Counted from the stretch's first letter, positions 9,648-18,671 are shown. The stretch: 64,000 nucleotides of DNA from Spirochaetaceae bacterium UBA6089 (GCA_002435985.1 DIXD01000024.1:13167-77166); one strand, 5' to 3'. Notes: generated by a model from the letters alone, not told the origin. Numbers and translations: made by a program.

Positions 9648-10073
9648 TCAGTCGATTTTTACCTCAATGGCTTTCGGCGCAGCTTCGGGCTTCTTGGGTA
9701 TGGTGACCTGCAATACTCCGTTCTTGAAGTGAGCCTCGATGGCGTGTGTATCGACATCATCAGGCAGTGAGAAGGTCCGTACGAACCGGAAATCTCGACG
9801 CTCTCTGCGGATCCAGCCTTTCTTGGATTTCTCCGATTTATCCTCGGATTTTTCACTCTTCGCGGTGGAAAGAGTGAGCTGTCCACCACGCACTTCGAGC
9901 TTGATATCCTTTTCGCTCAACCCGGGGAGCTCAGCCTCGAGCATGTATTTGTCGCCCTCTTCGTAGACGTCGATTACCGGGGTGCGGAACCTCGGCGTGG
10001 AGAACCAGTCATCGTTGAAGAATCTCTCCATTAGCTCAAAGGGATTGTTTTCATACACCTGCAAGCCATCCAT
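9648..10073 (-). CDS. Small heat-shock protein (Hsp20/alpha-crystallin family)
   Basis: IDVYEE...ELPGL...RER...F.RTFSLP...AHFKNGVLQVTIPK, C-terminal IEV motif, GGAGG SD. Confidence 0.95.
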   Translation of the reverse strand: MDGLQVYENNPFELMERFFNDDWFSTPRFRTPVIDVYEEGDKYMLEAELPGLSEKDIKLEVRGGQLTLSTAKSEKSEDKSEKSKKGWIRRERRDFRFVRTFSLPDDVDTHAIEAHFKNGVLQVTIPKKPEAAPKAIEVKID

Positions 10074-10171
10074 AAGTGACCTCCATTATGCGGTGAATCT
10101 CGGCGGATGTAGATCCTCACGGGATCCTGACAATCCGTCCGGAGCCCTATTCGGCGCTCATTTATAGTATC

Positions 10172-10188
10172 AGCAAGAAATATGCCAA
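10172..10188 (-). promoter_or_regulatory. Sigma54 (-24/-12) promoter of hsp20
   Basis: Minus strand TTGGCATATTTCTTGCT has exact GG-N10-GC spacing, about 100 nt upstream of the ATG, next to an AT-rich tract. Confidence 0.75.
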
Positions 10189-10329
10189 AATAAAAAAATA
10201 ATAATAATTCATACTTTATTGTAATATATAGAATTAAATTTACTACTGCTGAGTCTTAACTGCCTGGCTTTTGAGAGCGCTCTTCGTTGGGCCTGTATGA
10301 AACGGCGCTTGTGCCAAGCAGCCTTTCTC

Positions 10330-10390
10330 TGTATATCCGAACGACACACATGTATTAAAATGAACCATTCGTCTGTATATAATTGAAACA
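10330..10390. promoter_or_regulatory. Three TGT-N11-ACA boxes (putative bEBP upstream activator sites)
   Basis: TGTatatccgaacgACA (10330-10346), TGTattaaaatgaaCCA (10351-10367), TGTatataattgaaACA (10374-10390), spaced 21 and 23 bp. Confidence 0.6.
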
Positions 10391-10456
10391 AATGGCCGAC
10401 AAAACCCTCTCGTGGTTGTCCGTGCAGTGTGCTTTCATGCCGGCAGAACAGCCCCC

Positions 10457-10504
10457 CTAGTGCTCTCAACCTTGTGCAAAGGCCAAGAAGGTTGAGAGCA
10501 CTAG
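10457..10504. repeat. 17-bp perfect inverted repeat (hairpin) 3' of the ABC fusion gene
   Basis: CTAGTGCTCTCAACCTT (10457-10473) and AAGGTTGAGAGCACTAG (10488-10504), 14-nt loop, no U-tract. Confidence 0.85.
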
Positions 10505-10517
10505 CCACGTCGTGCGC

Positions 10518-12251
10518 CTACGTATTCTGGCGCCACCTCAGAAGATATGCCTCGATGGCGTCGATGATCAGATAGAGGACTAGACCGAACAGAGAAAGAG
10601 CGAGGATGGCCGCATACATATCGGGGTAATCGATGCGCGACCACGCGTCCATGATGTACCAGCCGAGCCCGTCGATGGAAGCGAAAGTCTCCGAGAGGAA
10701 GAGCACGGCGATGGCGGTTCCCATGCTGACGCGGAGCGCGGACATGAGCTCCGGGATCGTGGAGGGTACAATCGCCAGTCTGACGATCGAGAGGCGGGAA
10801 AAACCGAGGATTCTTACGCTGTCGAGCAGGGCAGGAGCGATGCTCTTGGCGGCGTCGCGGCCTGTGACGAAGAGCTGGCCGAAGATGACAAGCCCCATCA
10901 AAGCGACTTTCGAAGCGTCGCCAAGCCCCAAAAAGAGCATGAGGATGGGAAGGAAGGCCACCTTCGGCATCGGGTGGAAGAAGTATATGAGGGGGGCGAA
11001 GAAGTTGTCGAAGAAACGAATCCGCCCGGCCAGGAGCCCTAGCGTCCACGCAAGAGGCCCGGCTGCCAATAGGGCGAGGAAGACGCGCCGGGCCGAGGCC
11101 AGCACATGGACCTGGAAGACACCCTTTTGAAAGTTCTCCGAAAAGCTGGCGAAGGCGAGCCGAGGTGAGGGCAAAAAAGGCCGATTCATGAGCGCGGCGG
11201 CAGCCCACCACACCATACAGATGAATATCGCCGCGGCGAGTATCTGCGCAGTTCTCCTCAAAAAATTCGAGACCGAAGGCGAAAGCCCCGAAGCTGAGCC
11301 TGCCGGGGCAGTTCCGCCTTTTATCTTTGGAGTAGCGTTCTGTGCGGTCTGCGCCTTCCGTGTCACCGCCTCATCGAAGGTTCGGCGGAGTCTGCCCACT
11401 GCGGAGAGGTACGACGCGTGCTGACGAGGATCAGATTGGCCTAAAGGCTCAGAGGAACCAGGGGAAGATTGCGTCGAATGGCCCTGATCGGAATGGCCCT
11501 GATCTGAATGATATTGATCCGGATAGCCCTGATCCGCCGCCCCGGCGGCGAGTGTCTGCTGCTTTTGTGCTGGAATATCCGGCTTGCTCGGCGCCTGTTC
11601 CCACACGTGGGGATTGTGCACCACCGTACAGCCTTGTACCGGCGTGCTGCCGTCGAGGACGAGGATATCGTCGGCCAGATACACCGCCTCTTCGATCGAG
11701 TGCGTGACGAGGACAATGGTCGTGTGGTGCGCGCGCTGGATCGTGCGCAGCATGTCCTGGACCGACTCACGCGTCAGCGCATCGAGGCTCGAGAATGGTT
11801 CGTCCATAAGGATGAGGTCTGCCTCGATGGCGAGAGCCCTGGCGACCGAAACTCTCTGCTGCATGCCTCCCGAAAGTCGCACCGGGTATACTTTTCGCCA
11901 CTGAGAAAGCCCGAGCTCTTCGAGGATGTCGCAGACTCTTCTGCGGCGCTCCTCGGCAGGTATGCCGAGGGCCTCGAGCCCCAGACCTGCGTTCCGTTCG
12001 ACGGTCAGCCAGGGCAAAAGGCCGAAATCCTGAAAGATGAAGCCGATCCTCGACCGCTGTGTCTGGATACTGCCCCCCTGAGGAGATAAAAGACCGGCGA
12101 TGAGCCGCAGGAGTGTCGTCTTGCCGCAGCCGGACGGGCCTATAACCGCCGTGATTCGCTCTTGCTCGAAGTAGGCCGAAAAATGTTCGAAGACGGGGAT
12201 CGGATTCCCGCGGACGGTATAAGAAAAACTGATGTTGTCGAGGCTTACCAT
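10518..12251 (-). CDS. NitT/TauT-family ABC transporter, fused ATPase and permease
   Basis: Walker A GPSGCGKT, LSGGMQQR, ILMDEPFSSLD, VTH; then a low-complexity linker; then an SsuC/TauC-type permease (PMPKVAFLP, EAA-like LLDSVRILG, GLGWYI). Confidence 0.9.
   Translation of the reverse strand: MVSLDNISFSYTVRGNPIPVFEHFSAYFEQERITAVIGPSGCGKTTLLRLIAGLLSPQGGSIQTQRSRIGFIFQDFGLLPWLTVERNAGLGLEALGIPAEERRRRVCDILEELGLSQWRKVYPVRLSGGMQQRVSVARALAIEADLILMDEPFSSLDALTRESVQDMLRTIQRAHHTTIVLVTHSIEEAVYLADDILVLDGSTPVQGCTVVHNPHVWEQAPSKPDIPAQKQQTLAAGAADQGYPDQYHSDQGHSDQGHSTQSSPGSSEPLGQSDPRQHASYLSAVGRLRRTFDEAVTRKAQTAQNATPKIKGGTAPAGSASGLSPSVSNFLRRTAQILAAAIFICMVWWAAAALMNRPFLPSPRLAFASFSENFQKGVFQVHVLASARRVFLALLAAGPLAWTLGLLAGRIRFFDNFFAPLIYFFHPMPKVAFLPILMLFLGLGDASKVALMGLVIFGQLFVTGRDAAKSIAPALLDSVRILGFSRLSIVRLAIVPSTIPELMSALRVSMGTAIAVLFLSETFASIDGLGWYIMDAWSRIDYPDMYAAILALSLFGLVLYLIIDAIEAYLLRWRQNT
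11475..11534 (-). repeat. 4 x 15-nt coding tandem repeat (DQGYP DQYHS DQGHS DQGHS)
   Basis: Plus-strand units cgaatggccctgatc, ggaatggccctgatc, tgaatgatattgatc, cggatagccctgatc. Confidence 0.9.
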
Positions 12252-13174
12252 CCGCTTACCATGCCTGCATCGACGAGGTCGGCGGGCTTTGGCAGTACCT
12301 TGACGAGGCCCTTCGAGAAGAGCCAGTTTTCGGCGCTCTCGATGCCTGCGAGAGACGGAAGGCGCGGCTTCTCGTAGACAGGAAACACAAAGGCGCGGGC
12401 CGCATCCTCAGGGAAGCTGAGCGAATCGACGAGCATCTGTCTGTATTGGTCGGGATTGGCGTTGATGCGCTGGGCCGCCTTCCAGTACGCGCGGTAAAAC
12501 CGTTGTATCGCGACGGTATTCTTTGCAATAACCGAAGGTGGAAAGGCGATGACGCCTGCCTCAAGCCCCGAGTCGTCCGAGGAAATGAGAACTTTTGCCC
12601 CGCGGAGCTTTGCCGCGGTGAGGAACGGCTCAGGTAGAACCGCGGCAGGGATCTGGTCAGAGAGCAGCATTTCGAGGCGCACCGGCATCTTCGGCACCGG
12701 AACCAAGGTAAGGGAGTTTTGATCGAGCCCCGCGCGCTCTGCGCTCCAGTCGGCGAAGTAATGGATGATGGTGTTGAGGGATACGGCCACGTTCTTTCCC
12801 CCGAGCTCTTTCATGGACTGAATGTTCGATTTGGGAGAGACCGCGACCCCGTAGCGACCATTCGTGAGGCTCGTGATCTTAAGTGGAAAACCTCCCTGAT
12901 TCGCGAGCACGACGGCAAGCACATCGGTTACCGCGCCGTCGATTTTCCCCGCCTGCAGGGCCGAGTCGCGCTCGACCGCGCTCGAGAAGCGCACGAGGTT
13001 GACCTCGACGCCTTCGCGCTGAAACAGGCCCTCGTTCGTCGCCACGATGAGCGGAAGGGAATCGGCATCCGCGAAGATTCCGATGCGCAAGGGACCGGCT
13101 GTCTGCACCGAAGGCTGCGCCCAGGGCTGCACAAGCGCCGCGAGCGCAATCAGGAAAACAGAAAATATTTTCAT
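12245..13174 (-). CDS. ABC substrate-binding protein, SsuA/THI5-like
   Basis: Signal peptide MKIFSVFLIALAALVQPWA; LRIG...DSLPL..A...GLF..EGVEV; ALQAGKIDG; LPEP. Start could instead be 13201. Confidence 0.85.
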   Translation of the reverse strand: MKIFSVFLIALAALVQPWAQPSVQTAGPLRIGIFADADSLPLIVATNEGLFQREGVEVNLVRFSSAVERDSALQAGKIDGAVTDVLAVVLANQGGFPLKITSLTNGRYGVAVSPKSNIQSMKELGGKNVAVSLNTIIHYFADWSAERAGLDQNSLTLVPVPKMPVRLEMLLSDQIPAAVLPEPFLTAAKLRGAKVLISSDDSGLEAGVIAFPPSVIAKNTVAIQRFYRAYWKAAQRINANPDQYRQMLVDSLSFPEDAARAFVFPVYEKPRLPSLAGIESAENWLFSKGLVKVLPKPADLVDAGMVSGW

Positions 13175-13179
13175 GGGAA

Positions 13180-13785
13180 TTATGGCTCCTCTCGACTCCA
13201 TCTGAAAACATTTTTATCGATAATGCCCAGATGGTCAAGTATCCGATACACGACGGTGTCCACGAGGGATTCGATATCCTTGGGTTTGCCGTAAAAGCTG
13301 GGAGAGGCGGGAAGGATAACGGCGCCCGCTTCCTTGAGCTGGGTCATGGCGCGGAGCGAGATCAGAGAGAGCGGGGTCTCGCGGGGCACGAGAATGAGCG
13401 GCCACCCCTCCTTGAGGGCAACTGCGCCTGCGCGGTGGATGAGGTTTGTACAGGTCCCGCTCGAAATAGCGCCCAGTGTACCCATAGAACAGGGAACGAT
13501 GACGGTGCCCGAGATGCGGAATGAGCCTGAGGCGATGGAAGCGGAAAAATCGCTGTTCTCGTGGAGCCGGATGAGGGTGGGAGCACCTTCCGGGCCGCCC
13601 TGTCGCTGCAGCTTTCCAAGCCAATAGCCCAGCGGCCGGCCTGTCTCTTCCAGAAGCACTCGGGCACCCCACTCGCTCGCCACCACATGGAGAATGACGC
13701 CTCTTGCGGCGAGTGCGGACATGAGGCGTACCGCATAAACGCCACCGGATGCGCCGGTTATGCAGACGAGGTAGCGAATAGGCAT
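13180..13785 (-). CDS. ubiX: Flavin prenyltransferase UbiX (MqnM-like)
   Basis: ITGASG, IASGS, PCSMGTL, NLIHRA, RETPL, PSFY motifs. Confidence 0.95.
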   Translation of the reverse strand: MPIRYLVCITGASGGVYAVRLMSALAARGVILHVVASEWGARVLLEETGRPLGYWLGKLQRQGGPEGAPTLIRLHENSDFSASIASGSFRISGTVIVPCSMGTLGAISSGTCTNLIHRAGAVALKEGWPLILVPRETPLSLISLRAMTQLKEAGAVILPASPSFYGKPKDIESLVDTVVYRILDHLGIIDKNVFRWSREEP

Positions 13786-13794
13786 AGCTGTATT

Positions 13795-14799
13795 CTAGCG
13801 TACGTAAATATCTAAGGCAACACCGAATAGATAGATAATTGGAAGAATCTGATTCAGCGTGTAGGCCGCCAGTTTGATACGGTGCTCGGTTTTTTGGACC
13901 GCAATGAGCTGCTCCGCCACAAGAAGAACAAAACAGAGCGCAAGGGCGATGGCCGTAAAGAGTCCTGGCGTTTCCCAGAAATAGTAAATGCTTGCGAAGC
14001 CCAACAATGCACCCGTGTGACTCAGTGCGGCGAAGATGCGGCCGCCGGTCTCGCCGAAACGGGCCGGAATCGAATAGAGGTGCTCCTTTCGGTCGAATTC
14101 GATGTCCTGAAGTGCATAGAGGATATCGAATCCTGCGACCCAGAGGGCTACGCCCGCAGTGAGGGGAAAGTAGCGCAGCTGAAATGTTCCTGAAATGCCC
14201 AAGAAAGCGCCCATGGTGGCGGCCGAGCAGGCGATGCCGAGCCAGTAGTGGGACAGCCACGTAAAGCGCTTCGTGTACGAGTATCCGAAGAGGAGGACAC
14301 CTGCGACGGGCAAGAGCATGACGCAGAGCGGGTTGAGCATCGCCGCGCCGAGCACGAGGAGGGCGAGCATGAATGCGGTGAAGAGCCAGAGGTCTCGAGG
14401 TTTGAGTCGGCCGCTCGGTAGGTGCCGACCTGCGGTGCGGGGGTTTTTCGAGTCGATATCCTTGTCGATGATGCGGTTGAGGGCGTTGGCTGCGTTGCGC
14501 GCCCCAAAGGCGGCGACGACAATCCAGAAGAGTTTCCAGAACGGGGGCCGGCCGTCGGTCTCCAGCAGTATCGCGCTGATCACGAATGGAAGTGAAAAGA
14601 GCGTGTGGGAGATCATCACGGAGTCGCCAATGGCGCCGAGACGCCGGAAAGGGCTGCGCCCCTCGGCAGTACCTGTGGCTCGCCCGACATCTTGTACTGA
14701 GCTCCGTGCCTTTGGGCTTATATCAATAGGCTCCCCACAAGGCGCACTTTGTGGCGCCCCCGTCGGCGCACCGTCAATGTTTTGTCTGTCCGATGCCAT
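13795..14799 (-). CDS. ubiA: UbiA-family prenyltransferase (MqnP-like)
   Basis: HTLFSLPF, NRIIDKDIDSKNPRT..RHLP, YSYTKRFT, GFDILYALQDIEFD. Start placed at ATG 14799, overlapping the ubiD end. Confidence 0.9.
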   Translation of the reverse strand: MASDRQNIDGAPTGAPQSAPCGEPIDISPKARSSVQDVGRATGTAEGRSPFRRLGAIGDSVMISHTLFSLPFVISAILLETDGRPPFWKLFWIVVAAFGARNAANALNRIIDKDIDSKNPRTAGRHLPSGRLKPRDLWLFTAFMLALLVLGAAMLNPLCVMLLPVAGVLLFGYSYTKRFTWLSHYWLGIACSAATMGAFLGISGTFQLRYFPLTAGVALWVAGFDILYALQDIEFDRKEHLYSIPARFGETGGRIFAALSHTGALLGFASIYYFWETPGLFTAIALALCFVLLVAEQLIAVQKTEHRIKLAAYTLNQILPIIYLFGVALDIYVR

Positions 14800-16240
14800 A
14801 GTCTTTCCAGCGAGCATTGACGAGTTCGACGATGTCGGTGCGCATCGCGAGCGGATCCGGCCACTCTCGCTCGTGACCTTCCTCCGGCCACTTGTGCGTC
14901 GCATCGATGCCGAGGCGGGTACCGAAGCGCGGCGCAGGCGATGCATGGTCGAGCGCGTCGAGCGGTCCTTTTGAAAACACGAGGTCGCGCTCTGCGTCGA
15001 TGTTGTTGAAGACCTTCCAGGCGACCGCCGAGAGGTCCTGCAGGGAAACATCGTCGTCCACCACTACGATCAGCTTTGTGTACATGAGCTGGCCCATGCC
15101 CCAGAGGAAGTTCATGACCTTGCGCGCCTGGCCCGGATAGCGCTTGTGGATCGACACGAGGACGCAGTTGTGGAAGACGCCTTCGATGGGCATGTTGATG
15201 TCGCGGATCTCCGGGCAGAGCTGTTTGAGGAGGGGCAAAAAGAGGCGCTCCGTGGCCTTTGCGAGGAAGCAGTCCTCCTTCGGCGGAATGCCGACGATGG
15301 TCGCGGGGTACACGGGGTTCTCTCGCCGCGTCATGCGCTCGAGATGGAAAACCGGATACTCGTCGGGCAGGGAATAGAAACCGGTGTGGTCTCCGAATGG
15401 CCCTTCGAGGCGGAATTCTTCGGGGTCGACGTAGCCTTCGAGGATGAACTCGGCGTCCGCGGGCGCGAGGATGCCCGTATCGCCGATCTCGACGACGTCG
15501 GCCGCTCTGCCGCGCAAAAAGCCCGCGAACATCGCCTCCCAAATGCCCTCGGGCAGGGGGGCGGTGGCGGCGTAGGTGACTGCGGGATCTCCGCCCAGGG
15601 CGACGATGACGGGCATGCGGCGTCTCTGCGCCTGGTATTTCTGGAAGAAGTGCGCGCCGTCCTTGTGGATGTGCCAGTGCATGCCGGCGGTCCGATCGTC
15701 GTACACCTGCATGCGGTACATCCCCCAGTTTTGGGCACCTGTCTCGGGGTCGACCGTACAGACGACAGGCAGGGTGAGAAAGCGCCCGCCGTCCTGCGGC
15801 CAGCACTGAATGACGGGGAGGCTGTCGAAGCCCCTTTCATCCTCAACGGCGCGGCAGGGTGCGCGCCGCACCTTTTTGGGCATGAGGGAGCGCGCTATAG
15901 GCAGTTTGGGGAGTGCCTCGGGGATGGCCGAAAGCAGCGAAAAATCTCGCAGCTGGCTCCAAGCCCAGCCGATGAGCGATTCGATCTCGCTCGCCTTGTC
16001 GTCAAGACTCTCGGCGCCGAGCGACCATGCCATCCGCTTTTCGGATCCGTAGGCGTTGATGAGCAGCGGCCAGGCGGACCCGCGCACATGCTCGAAGAGC
16101 AGGGCAGGGCCGCCCTCCTTCATCACCCTGTCGGCGATTTCGGTGATTTCGAGGATAGGATCGACTTCGGCGGATATCCTCGCCAGTTCGCCTTTGGAAT
16201 CAAGAAAGGAAATAAATTCCCGTAACCCGCTGTATGCCAT
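14774..16240 (-). CDS. ubiD: UbiD-family decarboxylase (menaquinone biosynthesis decarboxylase, MqnL-like)
   Basis: GGPALLFE, WPQDGGRF, GMYRMQ, EGPFGDHTGFY, LDHAS motifs. Confidence 0.93.
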   Translation of the reverse strand: MAYSGLREFISFLDSKGELARISAEVDPILEITEIADRVMKEGGPALLFEHVRGSAWPLLINAYGSEKRMAWSLGAESLDDKASEIESLIGWAWSQLRDFSLLSAIPEALPKLPIARSLMPKKVRRAPCRAVEDERGFDSLPVIQCWPQDGGRFLTLPVVCTVDPETGAQNWGMYRMQVYDDRTAGMHWHIHKDGAHFFQKYQAQRRRMPVIVALGGDPAVTYAATAPLPEGIWEAMFAGFLRGRAADVVEIGDTGILAPADAEFILEGYVDPEEFRLEGPFGDHTGFYSLPDEYPVFHLERMTRRENPVYPATIVGIPPKEDCFLAKATERLFLPLLKQLCPEIRDINMPIEGVFHNCVLVSIHKRYPGQARKVMNFLWGMGQLMYTKLIVVVDDDVSLQDLSAVAWKVFNNIDAERDLVFSKGPLDALDHASPAPRFGTRLGIDATHKWPEEGHEREWPDPLAMRTDIVELVNARWKDYGIGQTKH

Positions 16241-16248
16241 ACGACTTC

Positions 16249-16277
16249 AGTATAATAACGGAGAGAAGCATATCCAA
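16249..16277 (-). promoter_or_regulatory. Sigma70-type promoter of the ubiD operon (probably leaderless mRNA)
   Basis: TTGGAT-N17-TATACT; ATG lies 8 nt after the -10; no SD. Confidence 0.6.
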
Positions 16278-16387
16278 GACCCAGGGCTCATCTGTTATAA
16301 TTATTCATTTTATTTTCAGGAATTTCATATGGAATGAGCCTCTAAGAATCGTTAGCATGGAGCTTGAATTTTCGAAAAGGAAGTGCC

Positions 16388-17173
16388 ATGTCGGAGATCA
16401 TCATCAGCCTTGATAAGGTAAGAAAAGTCTACTTCCTCGATACCGTCGAAGTGGAGGCATTGAAAGACATCTCCCTCGATATTCATGCAGGGGACTTTGT
16501 GAGCATCGCAGGCCCTTCGGGATCGGGAAAGACAACGATTTTGAACCTCATCGGCTGTGTCGACAAGCCCACCTCAGGCACGGTCATCGTTCACGGCAAG
16601 CGCACGAGCGACCTCGACGACGATAGCCTGACCGAACTTCGTCATAAGTCCATAGGGTTTATTTTCCAGAGCTTCAACCTCATTCCCGTGCTCAATATCC
16701 GCGAAAACGTGGAGCTGCCTCTCCTTTTGGACGGCCGGTCGGGGAGCGAACACAAGGCCGACCGCAAAGACTGGGTGGACTACCTCATAGAGAGCGTCGG
16801 GCTCAAGGACCGCATGCTGCATAAGCCGGCGGAACTGTCGGGCGGCCAGCGCCAGCGCGTCGCCATTGCCCGCGCCCTTGTGATGAAGCCCGCCATCGTG
16901 CTCGCCGACGAGCCGACCGCCAACCTCGATTCGGCCACGGGCGAGAGCATTCTGCGCCTCATGCGCCACATGAACGAGACCCTCGGCACCACCTTCATCT
17001 TCAGCACGCACGATCCGGACATCGTCGAAGAGGCCGACCACCTCATTCGCCTCCGCGACGGCAGGATCGTCGAAGACCGCAGGATACATGGGAAGACTTC
17101 GATCGATTTTGCCGTGGCGAGGGGCACGAACGAAGCCGTCGACGCCACAGAGACAGAAGGCGGGCAGCCATGA
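16388..17173 (+). CDS. ABC transporter ATP-binding protein, LolD/MacB type
   Basis: GPSGSGKT, FIFQSFNLIP, LSGGQRQRVAIARAL, ADEPTANLD, STHD. Confidence 0.95.
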   Translation: MSEIIISLDKVRKVYFLDTVEVEALKDISLDIHAGDFVSIAGPSGSGKTTILNLIGCVDKPTSGTVIVHGKRTSDLDDDSLTELRHKSIGFIFQSFNLIPVLNIRENVELPLLLDGRSGSEHKADRKDWVDYLIESVGLKDRMLHKPAELSGGQRQRVAIARALVMKPAIVLADEPTANLDSATGESILRLMRHMNETLGTTFIFSTHDPDIVEEADHLIRLRDGRIVEDRRIHGKTSIDFAVARGTNEAVDATETEGGQP

Positions 17174-18669
17174 TCGCAGCTCGGCTGGCGTGGGGCAATC
17201 TCGGCCTCCATCGGCGAAAGTCTCTCCTCATCGGCATGATCATGGGTATGGGCATCCTTATTCTATTTTTGGGGAATTCGCTCATCGATACTGCGCTTTC
17301 GGGCCTTCAGCGCATGTTTGTCCAAGGCTATACCGGGGACCTCATGATCACCGGTCCCACCGAATTTTCCACCACGGTGCTCGGCGAGACGGCGGGGAGC
17401 GAGGAGGTGCTTCCTCACATTGCCCAGATAAAAAAATACGAGGATTTTTTGGCGAGCCGGAGCGATGTTGCGTCGACGCTACCCCTTTTGAGCGGGCAGG
17501 TGTCGTTCGGCATCGGCGAGACCGAGCTCGGCTCCGGGTACTGCTTTGGCGTGAACGTCGAGGACTACCGCAACTTCTTCCCCGACAACGTGACGCTGGT
17601 GAACGGCGACTGGCCTACTACAGATGAGGGACCATGGGTTCTGCTCTCCGAGCCCACACTCGAGCTCATCAATACGAGCGCAGCGAGCCCCGTAGAGCCC
17701 GGCACGAAGATCATCATGTCGGCCCTCGCGAACTCCGCGGGCACCGTCATCCGCGAGGTCACGGTGAAAGGCGTGATCAAGTTCAACCAGAGTAACCAGC
17801 AGCTTGCCGGTATCACCCTGGTCGATGCGGACACCATGCGCGACCTTTTAGGATTTGCGAGCCTCAGGGATGGAGCCCCTGTTCTGTCGGCACAGGAAGC
17901 GGCTTTTGTGGCCGGCTTCGACCCGGAAAGCCTGTTCACCGACCTCTTTGCCGGAAGCGACGGAACGACGGCGAATGGGGTGACCCAGGAAGCCCAAGAC
18001 GCGAAGCAAGGTGACTCGGCGCAGAGCTCTGGGCAGGGCATGAGCTCTTTCTCCGCGCAGACAAGCTTTGTAGCCGACCCCGTGCCCGCGTGGCAGTTTC
18101 TTCTCGTGCGTGTCAAACCAGGGGCAGATGCCTCGAGGCTCATCTCCGACCTTTCGGCCTTCTCGGAGAAAATCGGCGACGGAGACCACGTGCAGGATTG
18201 GATTGCGGGCGCAGGCAGGGTCGCGCGCACTGCGGTGACCATACGTCTCGCCTTCAATCTCCTCGTTGCGGTCGTGGCGGTCGTCGTGGTCATGATCATG
18301 ATGAACGTGCTCGTCATCTCGGTCAATGAGCGGCTCTACGAGATCGGCACGCTCCGGGCGATCGGTGCGAAGCGCCGCGTGGTGCGGAACATGATTTTGT
18401 TCGAGACGACCTTTTTGGCTCTCATCGCGGGGGCAGCAGGCCTGCTCGTCGGCCTTGTTCTGCTTCTGGTCCTGGGAAAGATAGGGATAAGGGCGCCGAA
18501 TCTATTCTTCGAGGCGTTGTTCGGGGGACAGGTACTTAAGCCGATGGTGTCCGGCAGGGCGGCGATCACCGCCTTCCTCTGGATTCTGGCGATGGGGCTC
18601 GGCGCGTCGTGGTATCCGACCATCGTCGCGCTGCGGATCGAGCCGGTTGTCGCCATGAGAGGAGACTGA
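17170..18669 (+). CDS. FtsX/LolE-type ABC permease
   Basis: AWGNL..HRRKS plus TM, large periplasmic domain, SVNERLYEIGTLRAIGA, C-terminal IEPVVAMR. Confidence 0.9.
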   Translation: MIAARLAWGNLGLHRRKSLLIGMIMGMGILILFLGNSLIDTALSGLQRMFVQGYTGDLMITGPTEFSTTVLGETAGSEEVLPHIAQIKKYEDFLASRSDVASTLPLLSGQVSFGIGETELGSGYCFGVNVEDYRNFFPDNVTLVNGDWPTTDEGPWVLLSEPTLELINTSAASPVEPGTKIIMSALANSAGTVIREVTVKGVIKFNQSNQQLAGITLVDADTMRDLLGFASLRDGAPVLSAQEAAFVAGFDPESLFTDLFAGSDGTTANGVTQEAQDAKQGDSAQSSGQGMSSFSAQTSFVADPVPAWQFLLVRVKPGADASRLISDLSAFSEKIGDGDHVQDWIAGAGRVARTAVTIRLAFNLLVAVVAVVVVMIMMNVLVISVNERLYEIGTLRAIGAKRRVVRNMILFETTFLALIAGAAGLLVGLVLLLVLGKIGIRAPNLFFEALFGGQVLKPMVSGRAAITAFLWILAMGLGASWYPTIVALRIEPVVAMRGD

Positions 18670-18671
18670 AA

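Noticed and set aside
14800-15051. N-terminal extension of ubiA in the ORF track
   Set aside because: Lies within ubiD; ATG 14799 is the more plausible start.
13235-15806. Long alternative-frame ORFs (341 and 362 aa) over ubiX/ubiA/ubiD
   Set aside because: Arg/Pro-rich off-frame products of GC3 bias.
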